Shown: positions 1 to 12,910 of the stretch, piece by piece
Numbering within the stretch: position 1 is the first letter of the stretch
Layout of the letters: the number at the start of each line of letters is the position of its first letter
Assembly (NCBI GenBank): GCA_028534125.1
Contig: CM052816.1
Span: forward strand, 46,750,001 to 46,814,000
Source: Lama glama
Lineage: Eukaryota
Direction of reading: 5' to 3'
Length of the DNA: 64,000 bases
Notes under the pieces: generated by a model
What the model was told of the DNA's origin: nothing
Database searches by the model: none
Seen by the model: the letters and a program-made list of their open reading frames with translations, nothing else
Made by a program: the position numbers and the translations under genes

Positions 1-302
1 TAAAAATACTAAGAAACTCTTTGCAAAAGACATTTCAAGTGTTGGGCTTTAAAGCATAGTTTTCATCATTTAAATGACTTGTTAAATTACTTACGAGGTT
101 ATTTTAATTATAAAAAACAACTCATTCCTACTTGATATGCTCCTGCATGTGGTCTATACCGTGTACTTTTAATAAGTACTTATTTTCATTCATTTGATTG
201 GCTTACTTCCAGAGAGTTTTATTTTTAAAAAATTAGATTATAATAGGTGTTATGAAACTGGCTTGCTATTAAAGTGGTGTTTAATTTTTCCTTTTTGTTC
301 AG

Positions 303-444
303 CAGGAACGAATGCAGGAATTTGGGAACTGAGCAGTGCAAGTGCTGAAGAAGGAGATTTGTTTGGAGGAAACAGGAAAGAGAAAGAAAAGGAAGGAAAA
401 AATACATAATTTCAGGGACGAGAGAGAGAAGAAAAACGGGGACT
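303..444 (+). other. MEF2C: 5'UTR portion of the first coding exon of MEF2C, with NAGNAG acceptor (exon start 303 or 306)
   Basis: Polypyrimidine tract (tttttcctttttgttc) followed by tandem CAG-CAG at 300-305, then a purine-rich leader running to ATG at 445. It matches my recollection of the human MEF2C leader. Confidence 0.85.
312..332 (+). promoter_or_regulatory. Short upstream ORF (MQEFGN*) in the 5'UTR
   Basis: ATG CAG GAA TTT GGG AAC TGA; weak context (cgaATGc); ends 112 nt before the main ATG. Confidence 0.6.
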
Positions 445-498
445 ATGGGGAGAAAAAAGATTCAGATTACGAGGATTATGGATGAACGTAACAGACAG
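445..498 (+). CDS. MEF2C: MEF2C first coding exon, MGRKKIQITRIMDERNRQ (N-terminal MADS box, aa 1-18)
   Basis: ATG in context gactATGG; 54 nt encode the MEF2 MADS N-terminus; donor CAG|GTGAGT at 499, phase 0. Confidence 0.98.
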
Positions 499-1886
499 GT
501 GAGTGGGGTAAACTCTTTTTGTATTATTATTTACATGGATCATTTATTACATCCCCCCTACCAGGTATATTACAGGTACTGAAAACGTTTTGATCTTAGA
601 AACAAGAGAAGTTTTAGTGAATTTAATGTGGCCAGTTTAAGTGTTAATAGTCTCTTATGTGTAAAGGAAAAAAATTACCCTGTTTGTTAGAAATACACTT
701 TACACCTTCCTGATTATTCACTTTTTACTTCAACGTGAATGTTAAGTGGGAGCTACATTTGTGTGACATGAATAGCTTAATAATTAAGAGTTAATACGCA
801 TAACGTTGCTACACTGCACGCATCATCAAACAAAGATATTCTCATGTTCATGGGAACGAGGCCTTTTGTGGTCATCCACTTAAAGGTTTGTAACATAGGC
901 TAAATGTTCTGTATAAAAATGGCTTTCATTCTATTCACAGTAAAAAAGACTTTGAAGTACATCCAAATATTTGACCTTGTGCTAACAACAACAAAGAAAA
1001 CACCCTCCAAAAATATTAGTACCTTCCAGCATATAGGCAAGAACTATTAGTTAGTCCATATCATTTTCTTTAAACCCTGAATTTTATAAACCTAGAGGCA
1101 GATGATGTTATAATTTTTTCCGAGAACTCCAGGGACACCTATATGATACAATTGATCTGTTCTAAAGACATTATACATCCAAATGCTCTATTCAACAGAG
1201 ACTTGTATATTATGAATATCTGTGCTTGACTCTTTTTCTTCACACTTGGAGAGAGTGGATTTCGTTAAGCGATGTAAGAATAGCTGGGTGGTTTGTATGC
1301 CTTCTACTGTTAAATATCAAAGAATGGTCCCTCAGAACTACTACAGTACTGCCCCATCTCAGCCACTGCAGACGGATAATGGGACCTACAACACGGGCTT
1401 TCCTTGACCGTGGGAGAGGAGAGCACTTTCCTGTTGCCCATTTACACGAGGGAAAGGTGAGAGGCCAGCCTTGGGGACACCTCACCAGACAGTAATTTCC
1501 CTCAAATAAAGGCAGTCTATCTCTCCTACTGTGCCTTCCTATCTTCCTGGACCTGCAAATGAGACTAGGACTGATTTGTGGTTTAAAATTTTTTGTTGCT
1601 ACCCGTGTATAAATTACAATGACTAGAAGTTGTTGTTTATGCCATCAAGGCCCCTATGCCATTAAGAGGTTAAAAAAAAAAACTTCTTAGATTTTCAGGT
1701 TTTAACTCCCTCAAAGTATTATATTTGAAGTACATATGACAAACTATTTTTGGCTGAAAATTGATCTAGAGAGTCAAAAATGCTAAGATTTATGATGGAT
1801 TCTTTCAGTATTTTCCTGCACATTGTTTATTGCTATGGGTCAGGCCAAAAAGCAGTAATTCTGTCAATATAAAGCCACTTTTGGTA

Positions 1887-2030
1887 GGGAGGTGGTAATA
1901 GCTCAAGTAGTAGAGCACACACTTAGCATACACGGGGTCCTGAGTTCAATCCCCAGTACCTCTTTTAAAAAAAAAAATTAAATAAATAAACCTAATTACC
2001 TCCTCCCCCCAAAAAACTAAAAATAATAAG
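1887..2030 (+). mobile_element. tRNA-Ala-derived SINE (camelid vic-1-like)
   Basis: tagctcaagtagtagagc (A box), cttagcat, gagttcaatccccagtacctc (B box), then an A-rich tail with aaacctaattacc. Confidence 0.8.
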
Positions 2031-4324
2031 AAGTGAATTAAAGAACACTGTATTTTTTAATTGAATCATAGCTTGAAATTGGAATTAAGACAGAAACATT
2101 GATCATCATACCACTGACCTTTAGACCCTGTTGTTTGAACTAGCACCTGTTTTGGGTGCAGTCAAAAATTATATGAATTATCACCTTCACTTCATGAATA
2201 ATGCCAAGTTGTTTTTAGATTCATGAAATTTATTGTATCTTCCTTTCTCTTACAAAGACAAAAGAAAGTTTTTGCAGGTTGAATTCACGAGCTTTCATTA
2301 TGCTTTATAAAAGAACGTAAACTCACACAGGCATATAAGAATTTTAACACCGTACTTCTGAGCTAGTAATTGAACACTTTTTCTTAATTGAAATATAGTT
2401 GCATCTACAATTGCTGTTACTGACACCCATGTTAGAAATCCTAATAACTTAGCAGAAAAATTATTTAAATTCAGCATAATCTTATCTTTTTTTTAATCTT
2501 GAAGAATTCCTTGATTTTATTCTATAGAATTTAGGGTCTATGTAGTCTTTTTTCCTCTGGTCTTTAGGTTCAGTTGCCCTTTTAATTCAGTAAAATTGAA
2601 AGCTTTCATATTTTAATATGTTGAAATATATATTATTTTAAATGGCTATTGATAATCTTAAACAGCCACCTTACTTATAAATACTTGTCATGCACGCCTC
2701 TCATCTACTACAAGGGTCATCCTAAGAGCCATTTGGGAGAAAGCCTAAAAGATGTGGGTCACTTCTAATAATCACCACCAGCAGACCTGCAACAGCATGT
2801 AATGTGAAGTGAGGACGCATCCTGAACCTAGGCTCCCTTTAAAGTATGTGTTCACGTGTTGAAAAGAAAAACGTTAACTGCTTTGCCCTTTTTGAAGCTT
2901 CCCCCACTGCAGACTCCCTAAGAGAACCTCACACAATGGCTCACTGTCATCTTTTCTTAATAGCAGTAAAAGCCTTCCCTGCCATTGCAGGTGTTTATTT
3001 GACTCTACAGAGAACAGGGTGTGTTTTTACAGAATAAGAAATACTGACGTAAAGTGTGAAATGAAATATTACAGAGCTGATGTGATAAGTTGTATATCAT
3101 TAAGAAATAAAAACTGTGGTAAAACAGAGCAGCTGACTGTTTAAATTGAATTTTGCCCTTACTTTATCTTTTGTTATAGCAGTAGGCAACAGCTAAAATT
3201 CAGAAACTCCGATTGTATACATAGAATAGTTTAGGAGAGGGGAAAAATTAACAGCTTGTTTTATTTTTTTAAAGATTTTCCAGAGTCTCCAAGTTTCTGA
3301 AAACTACTTATTTCTCAATCTCTAACCTAAACAAGGTGGATTTGTTAAGCTAGTATATAAAAATAATAAAATCATAAATTGTCAGTTTGTCTTACAGAAA
3401 TTTTCAGATAACTTAGAAGTAGCTACGTGTACCAAGAACTACATATATACTATAACATTTAATCCTTGTTAATTCCATTTACAGCTGAATAATTCATTTA
3501 TTTGTTAAATCAACAAATACTATTTGTTAGCATTAAGCATTCGGCAGTAAACAAGAAGGGTCTCATGCAGCTTATTGTCTGCCGCAGAAACCAGCAGGCT
3601 TTTTCTCTAAAGGTCCAGATAGCAGGTATACAGTCTCTGTCTGGACTCCTTGGCTCTGCTCTAGCAGCAAAAGCGGCGACGTGGAAACACATACATGAAC
3701 GAATGTGCCTGTGTTTGAAAGAAACTTAACTGGCAAAACCAGGGGGCAGGCTGGATCGGCCAGTGGACCATAGTTTGTGTCCCCCTGGCCTGGTGGGATG
3801 AACCAGACATGGAATGTGCAAATATGCAACAGAACCTTATTTCGTCTGTGCTATGAATGAAACTGTCCAAGTGCTGTTAAAGAATAACAGGACGTGCTTT
3901 ATTTGGATTGGGGGTGGGAGAAAGACCTCTCTGAGGGCATGCTGAAAGATGGAAGCTAAAAGATGATTCAGAGTGAGGCAGGTGACAGCGTTCCAGAGGG
4001 AACAGTGTTCGCAGAGCTCCTTCAGAAAGGAAAGAACATGCTAAGGAGTCGAAGGAAAGCCTGTGGAACTTGAGCCTGGTGTGGATGACTTCACAGAGAA
4101 CAGAGGAAAGATTTCAATGCTAGGCAGGGCCCAGATCATGCAAAGCTTTGGAGTTAGATAGTTAACATTAGCAGGGGGCCGGGATTTGAGCCCACATCTT
4201 TCAGATTCAAAAACAAGCTTTTCTCAATTATGTCATGCTGCATTGTGCATAATAGAATGGCTAAGGACATGGTCTTATGTCATTGTTTTCCCCAGTTACA
4301 TCATGCTGCATCCAGTACAATATA

Positions 4325-4560
4325 ATGGTGACGAGCATGGTTTTTAGAGGCATGCAAACCTCATCCTGGGCCTGGTCCTACAACCTGTTAGCTGTGTGAT
4401 GTGCCAGCAAGTGACTTAACCCCTCTGAGCCTCATCGTTTTCCTCTTTAGTAGAGTGAAGATTGAAAAATAGTACCCACTTCATTGGGTCATTGAGATGA
4501 TTAAATTGAAGGATAAATGTAAAGCACTTAACGTAATAATAAGTGCTCAGTAAGCTTACC
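4325..4560 (+). mobile_element. MIR SINE
   Basis: ttagctgtgtga...caagtgacttaacccctctgagcctca...gattaaa...tgtaaagcactta. Confidence 0.75.
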
Positions 4561-5787
4561 TGTTAGCTATTCCTGTTACAACTCGCGCTCTAAACCATTA
4601 GCTATTATAGTTAGTGTGATTTCTATCAAAACAACTCCTCTGCTGTGTAGCACTTGAAATAATGGTACCTGAACCTTCATTTCAAGAGGATGCTACCTTA
4701 AAAAGGTATCAGGGAGATGGAGGGAGCAGTGGAACAGAGTAGAGCTGGAGCAGAAAGAAGTGTTTGGTAGCTAACAAGGGACAAGAGAATGACTTCAGAG
4801 CGAGAGCCAGCTGATGGCAGAGGCTGGCCTGGGGAGAGGGGAAGTCACACAGAGCGTTCGCAGAGCAGGACTTGTGACAAGGATGAGGAGTAGTTTCCCA
4901 AGTCTCTGCTTGTGGGACTTATTTTCAGATGTGTTACTGACCGAATTATTTTGAACTACGTATTACTGTTTTTATCGCTTCTAGCTTCCAGCTTGTCCTC
5001 ACATCTGCATTTTTTGTTCTTACCTCTGAGTTATCTTCATCAATTACACAATAATCTTACCCTCCTTTGTATGATACCAGTTTTCACTATGCTCCTGAAA
5101 CAGCCAGATTTTTAAATAAGTTCTGTCCTCGTATGACTCCTTTTACAAACAGAATATACTTAGACATCTGTTCTCTCTGTTATATCAGGAAGAAAGATAT
5201 ATGAAAACTAGGCATGCTTAACCTAAATTTGTATGTTTATATTTAAAATTTTCAGCTTTCCCACTTTGAAAGTATAGGAAAGGTAAACCTGAATTTATTT
5301 GTGTGACTTGTTATAAAAAGACATTTAAATATTTGAATAACTATCAGAGAGAAGTATTTGTCAAATAACGTGGTTAGGGACTAATATCGTTGAGTTAAGG
5401 AAAAAAGACTTTTGAATGTCTTAAGTTCTTTTCTTCCGTCAGATCTGGCACGTTAACAGTTTTTGCCAGCAAACAGAACTTTCTGTAATTATCAAAGCAA
5501 TAACTGGAGCACAAGTTAAAGACAATTAGCAACATTCTCCTGTTAATAGAACAGGAGAATCCCCTCATGACTGAAAAGAATTCAGAGTTCATAGCTGTCA
5601 AATTTTCTGTCTTCCCTTCTCTTATGTCCCTACCTCAGTTTCTTTACCTGACTTATGAATTATTTGAAATGGGCTCAGAAAAAAAAAAAAACTGGAGAAA
5701 TAGGTTCAGTGTAGATACAACCTCTGACAGGTTCTACATACTGAAACTAAACTAAACTAAACCTGATACTTTTTAAACTAAAATGAA

Positions 5788-5870
5788 GGAGGGAAGGCAA
5801 TAGCTCACTAGTAGAGCACATGTTTAGCATGCATGAAGTCCTGGCTTCAATCCCCAGTACCTCCATTAAA

Positions 5871-5945
<75 letters not shown>
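5788..5945 (+). mobile_element. tRNA-Ala-derived SINE (vic-1-like) with (AAT)n tail
   Basis: tagctcactagtagagcacatgtttagcatgcatgaagtcctggcttcaatccccagtacctcc; flanked by near-TSD taaaatgaa/taaagtgaa. Confidence 0.8.
5871..5942 (+). repeat. (AAT)24 microsatellite
   Basis: Perfect trinucleotide run forming the SINE tail. Confidence 0.95.
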
Positions 5946-5949
<4 letters not shown>

Positions 5950-7273
5950 GTGAAAAAAGAGAAAAAAATTTCAGTGGACTTTTTGCTGTAACATTCCTTC
6001 AAGGTGATATCCAGAATATCGGTAAATAAAAGGGCTAATTACAGTTCTAAACTTAAGAGTTACAGCCTACTCACCTAATATGAAATTTGTTGAAATGGAG
6101 AGAGATTCAACTCTAAATGTGAGGAACTGGGTAATATAGAAATACAGATAAATTGCTTCAAGAAAATAATTTTGTGATGAATTCTAAACCATGAGTTAAA
6201 GGACAGAGTTATCCAGCCGTACAGTTTTGTTTTGTCTTCTCCACAAACAGAACTTCCAGACTTGTCGGCTGCTTGTATGCAAATACATATTATTTAACAA
6301 GAAATTATGCTTTAAATATTAAAGATGAGTTATCTGTGTTAGTCAGTGAATATCTGGAACCTTATTTCAAATCAAGTGAATAACAAGTTCAATAAACAAG
6401 TATTAATTTTTCTATCTCTAAATCCAAAATAAACCTGCAGATAACCTCATAATGATGATCATTTTACCCTTTCTCCCCCAGTATCATTTCTTAACAGCTG
6501 ACAGCCTCCCCTAAATTCATCTTAAAATTTTCATTAAGCTCATTTTATAAAATACGTAAATAAATAAAATTAGGGTATATCATACTAATATATTAGGACA
6601 TCTCAGAATTGAAATGTAGGGTGTATGGGTGCACCCTGTTCATGCCTACTTAAAGGTGCCCTGTATGTATCAGTTAAACCGTTCTTTCATTAATCCTGTA
6701 ATCACCAAGGGGGAAAGTTTTTGTTCAGAGAGTTGGAATTGCTGGTGATTGAAGAAACTGAAAAAGAAAACCAGAAGGGGAAACTGACAAGCTATACCTT
6801 TGTGAGATTCCAAATCAAAGAAAGCAGTAGCCAGAGTGCTGACCGTATGTTTAACAGCTGTAACATCAAGCCATTCCTTTCTATTCTATTCCTAGCAATG
6901 TAAGGACAATTCATAAATGGTCTCCCCACACTGTAGTTGAATCATAGAAATAGTGGACGACACACCATACATCCCATGTGGTATGCGACATTTTACACTT
7001 ACACCGCTAGATCTGTTCCTCTGCTGCCAAAAAGGTATTGTCATAACTGCCATCAGACTTCTCATTAGCTTTCCTTTAGTGGGAAATCCAAGAGAATCCA
7101 AAAAGTTCACAAAGATGAAAGAGTAACTCTTCCTCTAGAATTCTGTCACTGCATTTAAGAAATAAGCTGCTCCTTGAACTTGGGGGCCTCAAGATTTTTT
7201 TGCTGTTTCGTTCTGATTTGTGTATCTCATATCATTTCCACTTAAAACTAATTTTTGTAAGTTCCAGTGCTTT

Positions 7274-7485
7274 AATGAACTTATTTACAAAATAGATACA
7301 GACTCACAGACATAGTAAACAAACTTACCGTTACTGGGGTGGGGAAGGGAGTGGGAAGGAATAAATTAGGAGTTAGAGATTTGCAAATATTAACTACTAT
7401 ATATAAAATAGACTTTTAAAAATTCTTCTGTATAGCACAGGGAACTATATTCAATATCTTGTAGTAACCTATAATAGAAAAAAAT
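7274..7485 (+). mobile_element. LINE-1 3' fragment (artiodactyl/camelid type)
   Basis: aatgaacttatttacaaaa...ctgtatagcacagggaactatattcaatatcttgta, shared with copies at about 17.4, 20.6 and 45.6 kb. Confidence 0.8.
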
Positions 7486-8200
7486 AGAAAGTTGACAAGG
7501 AATGGCACCTTCCACCTCTGAAGGCATGCACGCACACCTTTCTGTTTGCTACAAATCCCCTTTTGCTTTGCAAATGCACAAACTATATATGACATTGTAT
7601 TACTGAGAAACCAACACTAAAAATATTAACATTATAAATAGACCACATAAACCAAGAGGTTTCTTCCAAACTGTAAAGAACATGTTGCTGATTGTTTCAA
7701 AAGCCATGTCCTTTGAAGTCTAGACTTATTTAACATTGTAATTTATTCACTTAAAATGAGCTTCTTTGAAAATTATTATAATAAAAGTATTTTTAAAGTT
7801 TACATCCCAACATACTCTTACTGAAAACAATTGGACCCCCACCCCTGCACTGCGAATAATATCTTTGGTTAAAAAAATAATAACAAAATTAAGTAAATGA
7901 AATTTCCATACTATGGAGTATGTATTTGTGTTTCTTTTGTAATATGTTGGACCACTAATAGGAATAAGAGAACCACTCAAAATGTTTGGATATTTGACTT
8001 TTAATTTTCAGTTGGAATAGTTTAGCTTAAGAAATCACTAACATTTAAATAACATTTCAACAAAAGTAACTGTTTGGAAACTACAACGGAGACAGCCTCC
8101 TGCCTTCTGTCTTGCAAGAATTGATTTGGAAGGCCCTGAGGGAGAAAATATTGGAGTTAGAAGGTAAAACTGAAGCCATTGTGGAAAGGAAGAAGTTACA

Positions 8201-8243
8201 CTCTTCCTGTTATGACAGGAAACATAGACAAATGTGCTTCCTG
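8201..8243 (-). promoter_or_regulatory. FOX:ETS endothelial enhancer core (Mef2c F10-44-like)
   Basis: Minus strand reads CAGGAAGCACATTTGTCTATGTTTCCTGTCATAACAGGAAGAG: three GGAA ETS cores plus the composite CATAACAGGAA (8204-8214). Closely matches the mouse F10-44 element as I recall it. Confidence 0.8.
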
Positions 8244-11200
8244 AGCATTTGCTCAGCAGGGAATGAAGTAGTCTTTGACCTTTACCTTAGGTACATTTCG
8301 GCTTTGTTCAAGTAGTAAACATGTTTTTGCCCTAAAAATATTAATCTGGTTTGATTCTTCTCAGATTCAGATTATCTATCTCATGTATATGAGGTATAGA
8401 GAAACAAGTATTTATTTCATGACTGCATCTACAGATTGGATTTGGAATGTAAATCAGCCTTTTAACAAACCAAGCAGACCTGAATAGCACAAAAATTAAA
8501 AACACATTGTGTTGTAGTCTTCTCTTTTTAAAGTCCAAAACATTCTTAGGCTTAAAAATGGACTACAATGAAATCTTAAATCCTAAGTTTAATCATGACA
8601 GCTCATCCTGCTTCCTTTTCCTCGTGTACATAAATATATCAAATATCAGCTATGACAAGTTTTAAAATCCAGACTCTGAGTTTGTTAATAAGCACTCACG
8701 CTTATTAACATGCATTCAATTATTTAATTGTAATCTAACCCCATTGTTTATCGGTTTTCCTCAAAATAGTGTGCAATGCACAAGATTTAAAGTTTTATTT
8801 TGGGGTTTGGAGTGTTGACTTAGGGTGAGGGTTCGGTTTGGTGGAGTTCTAAATTCCACATTCTAAGCCCCCTATTTTAATCGTTTTATCATGTTCAGAA
8901 TTTTAGGAACTATACCGCTTAAAAACCCTTTGGAAGTCCCACTACATTGCAGCGAAGCGCAGCTCAATTTGCTGGAGGCTAACGAGGACAATAGTCCTCT
9001 TTGCAGCAGAACACACTGCTGTCTCATCCTCGCAAGTTATGCTGGAGGGTTACAAGCACATGGTAGCAGCCTGCTTGAAAGAGTCCCTCACTGCTCTTTA
9101 AAGAGCCTTTCATTTATGATGGCAGGCCCCGTCATTGGATAAAGGAGCGCTTGTCCAGAACACAAGTCTGCAGCGGGGCTACTTCCTCCCACCGAGAGTA
9201 ATCATCAAGCCGAAAGCTCGCAAGCCTTCCTAATGACAGACTGAATTAAACAAAATAAAATTGAAGAGGAATACTTTAGAACAGTTGCACCATTACTTAC
9301 TGTCAGGAGCAAGCCCGGGGAAGAAAAAGAGCATTTAAAAGGGCATTTCCCTTTTTTTCAATTAAAGATTGTCGTTGCAGACTCTTGACTCCATCCCTAA
9401 CCCTTTAAACACAGAGGAAGACCTAGTGGCTCTGGATTAGAGAGCGCATTGTGTCTATGAACTGTCCGTCTTGTCGCCCATTAGTCACTCCGTTTCCTTA
9501 ATGGAAGGAAACTGAGAGATTATCTAGGCTGTGGGTGAGGAGGAGTGGATCGAAAATATTTTCGTAGGATGACTGTTTTATTCATCATGGCTGTATGTAG
9601 ACATGAAAAAAAAACTGATAAAACCTCAACACTTTGAAAATAGATTTAGCTGGATGTATTTGTCCCAAATGCATTCTAAAACAAAGAAACCGATACTACT
9701 TTATGAGTTAAAGAAATGAGTAAAACTACTCATTGAGCAGTTCAGTCAAGAGCAGGCTGAAAGAATGCTGACTGCTGGGGAAAAGTATTGGAAACCAGAC
9801 ATAAAATTACCCTTGCTTCCCTCAGCAACACATCGGAAGTCATTTACAGTTAGGCCTCAGTTATTCTCATAGATTTGAGTAGCTGTTGTCTCCAAAGGCC
9901 TTTTTCTTTCATTTATTCTTTCCTGTAAGGTGCATGGACTCCCACAGTTATAATATGGCAGGAAAGTTCTCCTGAGGTGACTTTATGAATGGAGCCAGGA
10001 TTGGGAGGGTGACCGAAGGAGGCCTGCGTGTGGCGTGGAGACTTGTTAATAAATGCTCTTTCCATTACACAGTTGTCTAACTAATTTCCCTGCCCTGTGG
10101 GAAGGGATACAGTACTTGTCCTCTGTTTTAGAAACTGTCATTTACATGGACTGTGTGTAAATCCAAGACCCACCTTTGTTGTTCCGGCTGTAAACAGACT
10201 TGTATTTGCTACCAGCCAAATCACTTCGCATTTTGTGAAGTTAAAATAAACATCCATAAATATAGAACTAGTGTGTGCCCACTAGTGCAGGCGTGTGGTT
10301 CTCACTGGCTTTAGTGGGAATGTCTGGAAGTCTGAGGGCAGAGGTGGCTGCAGGGTCCACACAAAGGGTGCTTTGGTTTATTGTCAGAACCTGGAAACCA
10401 ACTTCTTAATTTTAGTATTACCAGTATTATTTTTTTTTTTACTTTAGCCTAGAAAGCTGTCCTTAAACTAGTTAATAAGTTATGCTGTCCTCTGCTTGTC
10501 TTCATCTGAATTGCTGACCATTCCAAATGTACCTATATGATGAATGCTTGATGAATGTTTGACGGAGGCCATGCTGTGCTGAACTTCAACCCCTGAAATG
10601 CATTGTTATCTAAAAGAGGGAAGGAACCCTGACTAATGGAAAGAAAGATAGATTTTGTGTGGAGAGGGTTCTATTTCTAGTTGATCCAGAGACTAGTTTC
10701 GTGACCCTGGACAAGGCAATTCACGTCTTTGTTTACAGTATCATCTGAGAAATGGGAATGATAAACTGTGCTAAATAATAACTTCAAAGAGACACTGTCA
10801 AATGTAGCAAGATAACTTAAAAAGTCTTTGAACTTTTTAGAAAGGTCACCAAAGTCAACATTCTTATCTAAAAACAATTAGAAGAAATATGATATGCTCC
10901 AATTTCACCAGCAAACCCACACACAAAATTTTACCCACTCTGATTTTCCTTTGATTCAGTTTTACCAAATTTTTACTATAAGTTAACGTGACAAAAAAGA
11001 AAAATAACTATGTGAGATTTTCCTCTCTCAGTGGCAAACTTCCACTAACATAGTGTGAGCATGCATAGAAATTCATTTTCAGCCATTCCTTTTGGATTGC
11101 AAAAATAAAAGAGTAATTCTTCCATGCATCGTCCATTCATTCATTCAACAAATATTTGTTCTGGGACTTCAGGTTACAAGAACAGATAGGAGATGTTCAA

Positions 11201-11399
11201 GGTTTTCAAGGAAAGCTTGAGGTCTAGTTGAGAGAGGAACTCTAATCGAAACATAATAATGGTAACACAAGTTGGCATGTCTGAGGAGAGCAGTCTTTTC
11301 AGTATGTAACAAGAAGTGACTGAGCCTGCTGCGTCCGAGAGAAAATATTGCTGCCTGTCTTGTGTAGTGTTTCACAGTCAACAAGTCACTTACACTTGT

Positions 11400-11575
11400 G
11401 TGTTCTTAAGTTTAACTCTTATAACAACTCCATAAGATGGCTATTATCACCTCCATTTTACAGGTGAGGAAACTGGGGTTTGGTAAATTTACCCAAGGGC
11501 ACACAGCTCATTTATGGTAGAGCTCAGACTTGCTGTTTAATACCCATGTTTTTGCTTCCACACCACACCACCCTG
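11400..11575 (-). mobile_element. MIR SINE
   Basis: MIR core ccattttacaggtgaggaaactg...cccaagggcacacagct. Confidence 0.75.
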
Positions 11576-11929
11576 ATAGTATGCTTATATAATTACTGCT
11601 TCTTTTAAAATATTTTAATAATGTGGATATGCTATTTTATCAATCTGGACAGTTATTTTTCTGTACATTTTCAGCACTATACATAAGTTAATAGTGTCTA
11701 CTCAAATTCTTTATAGTCTTTATCTCTTCTAACTATTAAAAGAAAGTGACCCAGTTTTATTTCTTGGAATATGGAAATTAGAGGTGACTATGATAACATA
11801 TTGATGAGATTGGATAACAAAACACAAGACATTCTATTAGAGTGAATTGCAGAAATAGATTTCTTGTTTTAAACCAGATTGCCATTCACTCTAATCCTCC
11901 CCTTGACCCAAAAGTCTTTGCTACTGAGG

Positions 11930-12910
11930 CATAGAATCTGAATATATAAAATCTGGAATAAATATTTTAAAGTTCTCTAGTCCAGTTTCCTGTTTAGTTC
12001 AGGGATGCCGTCTACACCTTCCTTGATATGCAGCTCTGCTTGAGCATGTTCAGAAATAAACTGCCTCTTACTTCACAAGAGTAGATCCACTCTTCAGTCC
12101 TCATCACTAGGTTTTCTCCTGTTTTGAACCTCTCTATGATTTTGCACAATGCTTTCTAATTCTGATCTGTAGAACAAAACTCATCTGCCTCTTCACATGG
12201 CCACAGTCTTCAGATTTTGGAAATCCGTGTTTGGCATTTCACTTTTAACTGTTTTTCTGGGTCAAACATTCCAGATTCCCTCAATCATTTCTCATGCAAA
12301 ATTGTTTTCAGACAGACCCTACATCAACCTGTTTGCCATCCTATAGACACTCTAATTTTGTTAGTATCGCCAATATCTTCTTAAAATTCTCAGAGCTGAA
12401 TATAATACCAAAGATTAGTTAGTGCTGACTAACAAAGAGACCGTTAAGATAGTTAATTCCCACTATGGAACATTCTGACTTTAGATCCTTTCCCCCTAAA
12501 TCAGCTATCACTTTAGTTTTTCTCCAACTTGAGCTTATGTAATTGCTTTTTTTTTAATGTGAACAAAGACTTTAAAATTACCTCTGTTTCATCTTGTTGT
12601 TTGTGACCCAGCTTTCTATTCTATAGAGAGAGCTCTGTGTGGATAGAGACTCTATTGGCTTATCTATTGGCTTATCACCCAGCTTTATGTTATATGCAGA
12701 TCTGATAAGCATGCTGTCTATATCTTCATCTAAACCAATGATAAAAATGGTGCCTGGGACAGGAAAGTTACTGAACTCTGTGGCCCTTGCAAGAGACTGT
12801 CCTTAAACTTAACATTGATCAATTAGTTCATATTTAAATCATCTAAATTACTACCAGCCAGTTTCAGATCTATAATATTGTGATGAGCATTTCATCAAAT
12901 ACTCTGCCAA
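11930..12910 (-). mobile_element. Ancient CR1/L3 LINE relic
   Basis: Minus strand 12748-12677 translates IFIIGLDEDIDSMLIRSAYNIKLG, a decayed match to the CR1 RT segment IFINDLDEG..MLIKFADDTKLG; catagaat...ctagtcca marks the 3' end near 11930. Confidence 0.7.

Noticed and set aside
1887..1962. tRNA-Ala gene (also at 5788 and 26008)
   Set aside because: Stems and boxes are degenerate, A-rich tails follow, and there are several diverged copies, so these are SINEs.
3495..3530. Cluster of three forkhead-like TATTTGTT motifs
   Set aside because: It resembles a decayed L2 3' end (attcatt...caacaaata...tt), with L2-like sequence following near 3.9-4.15 kb.
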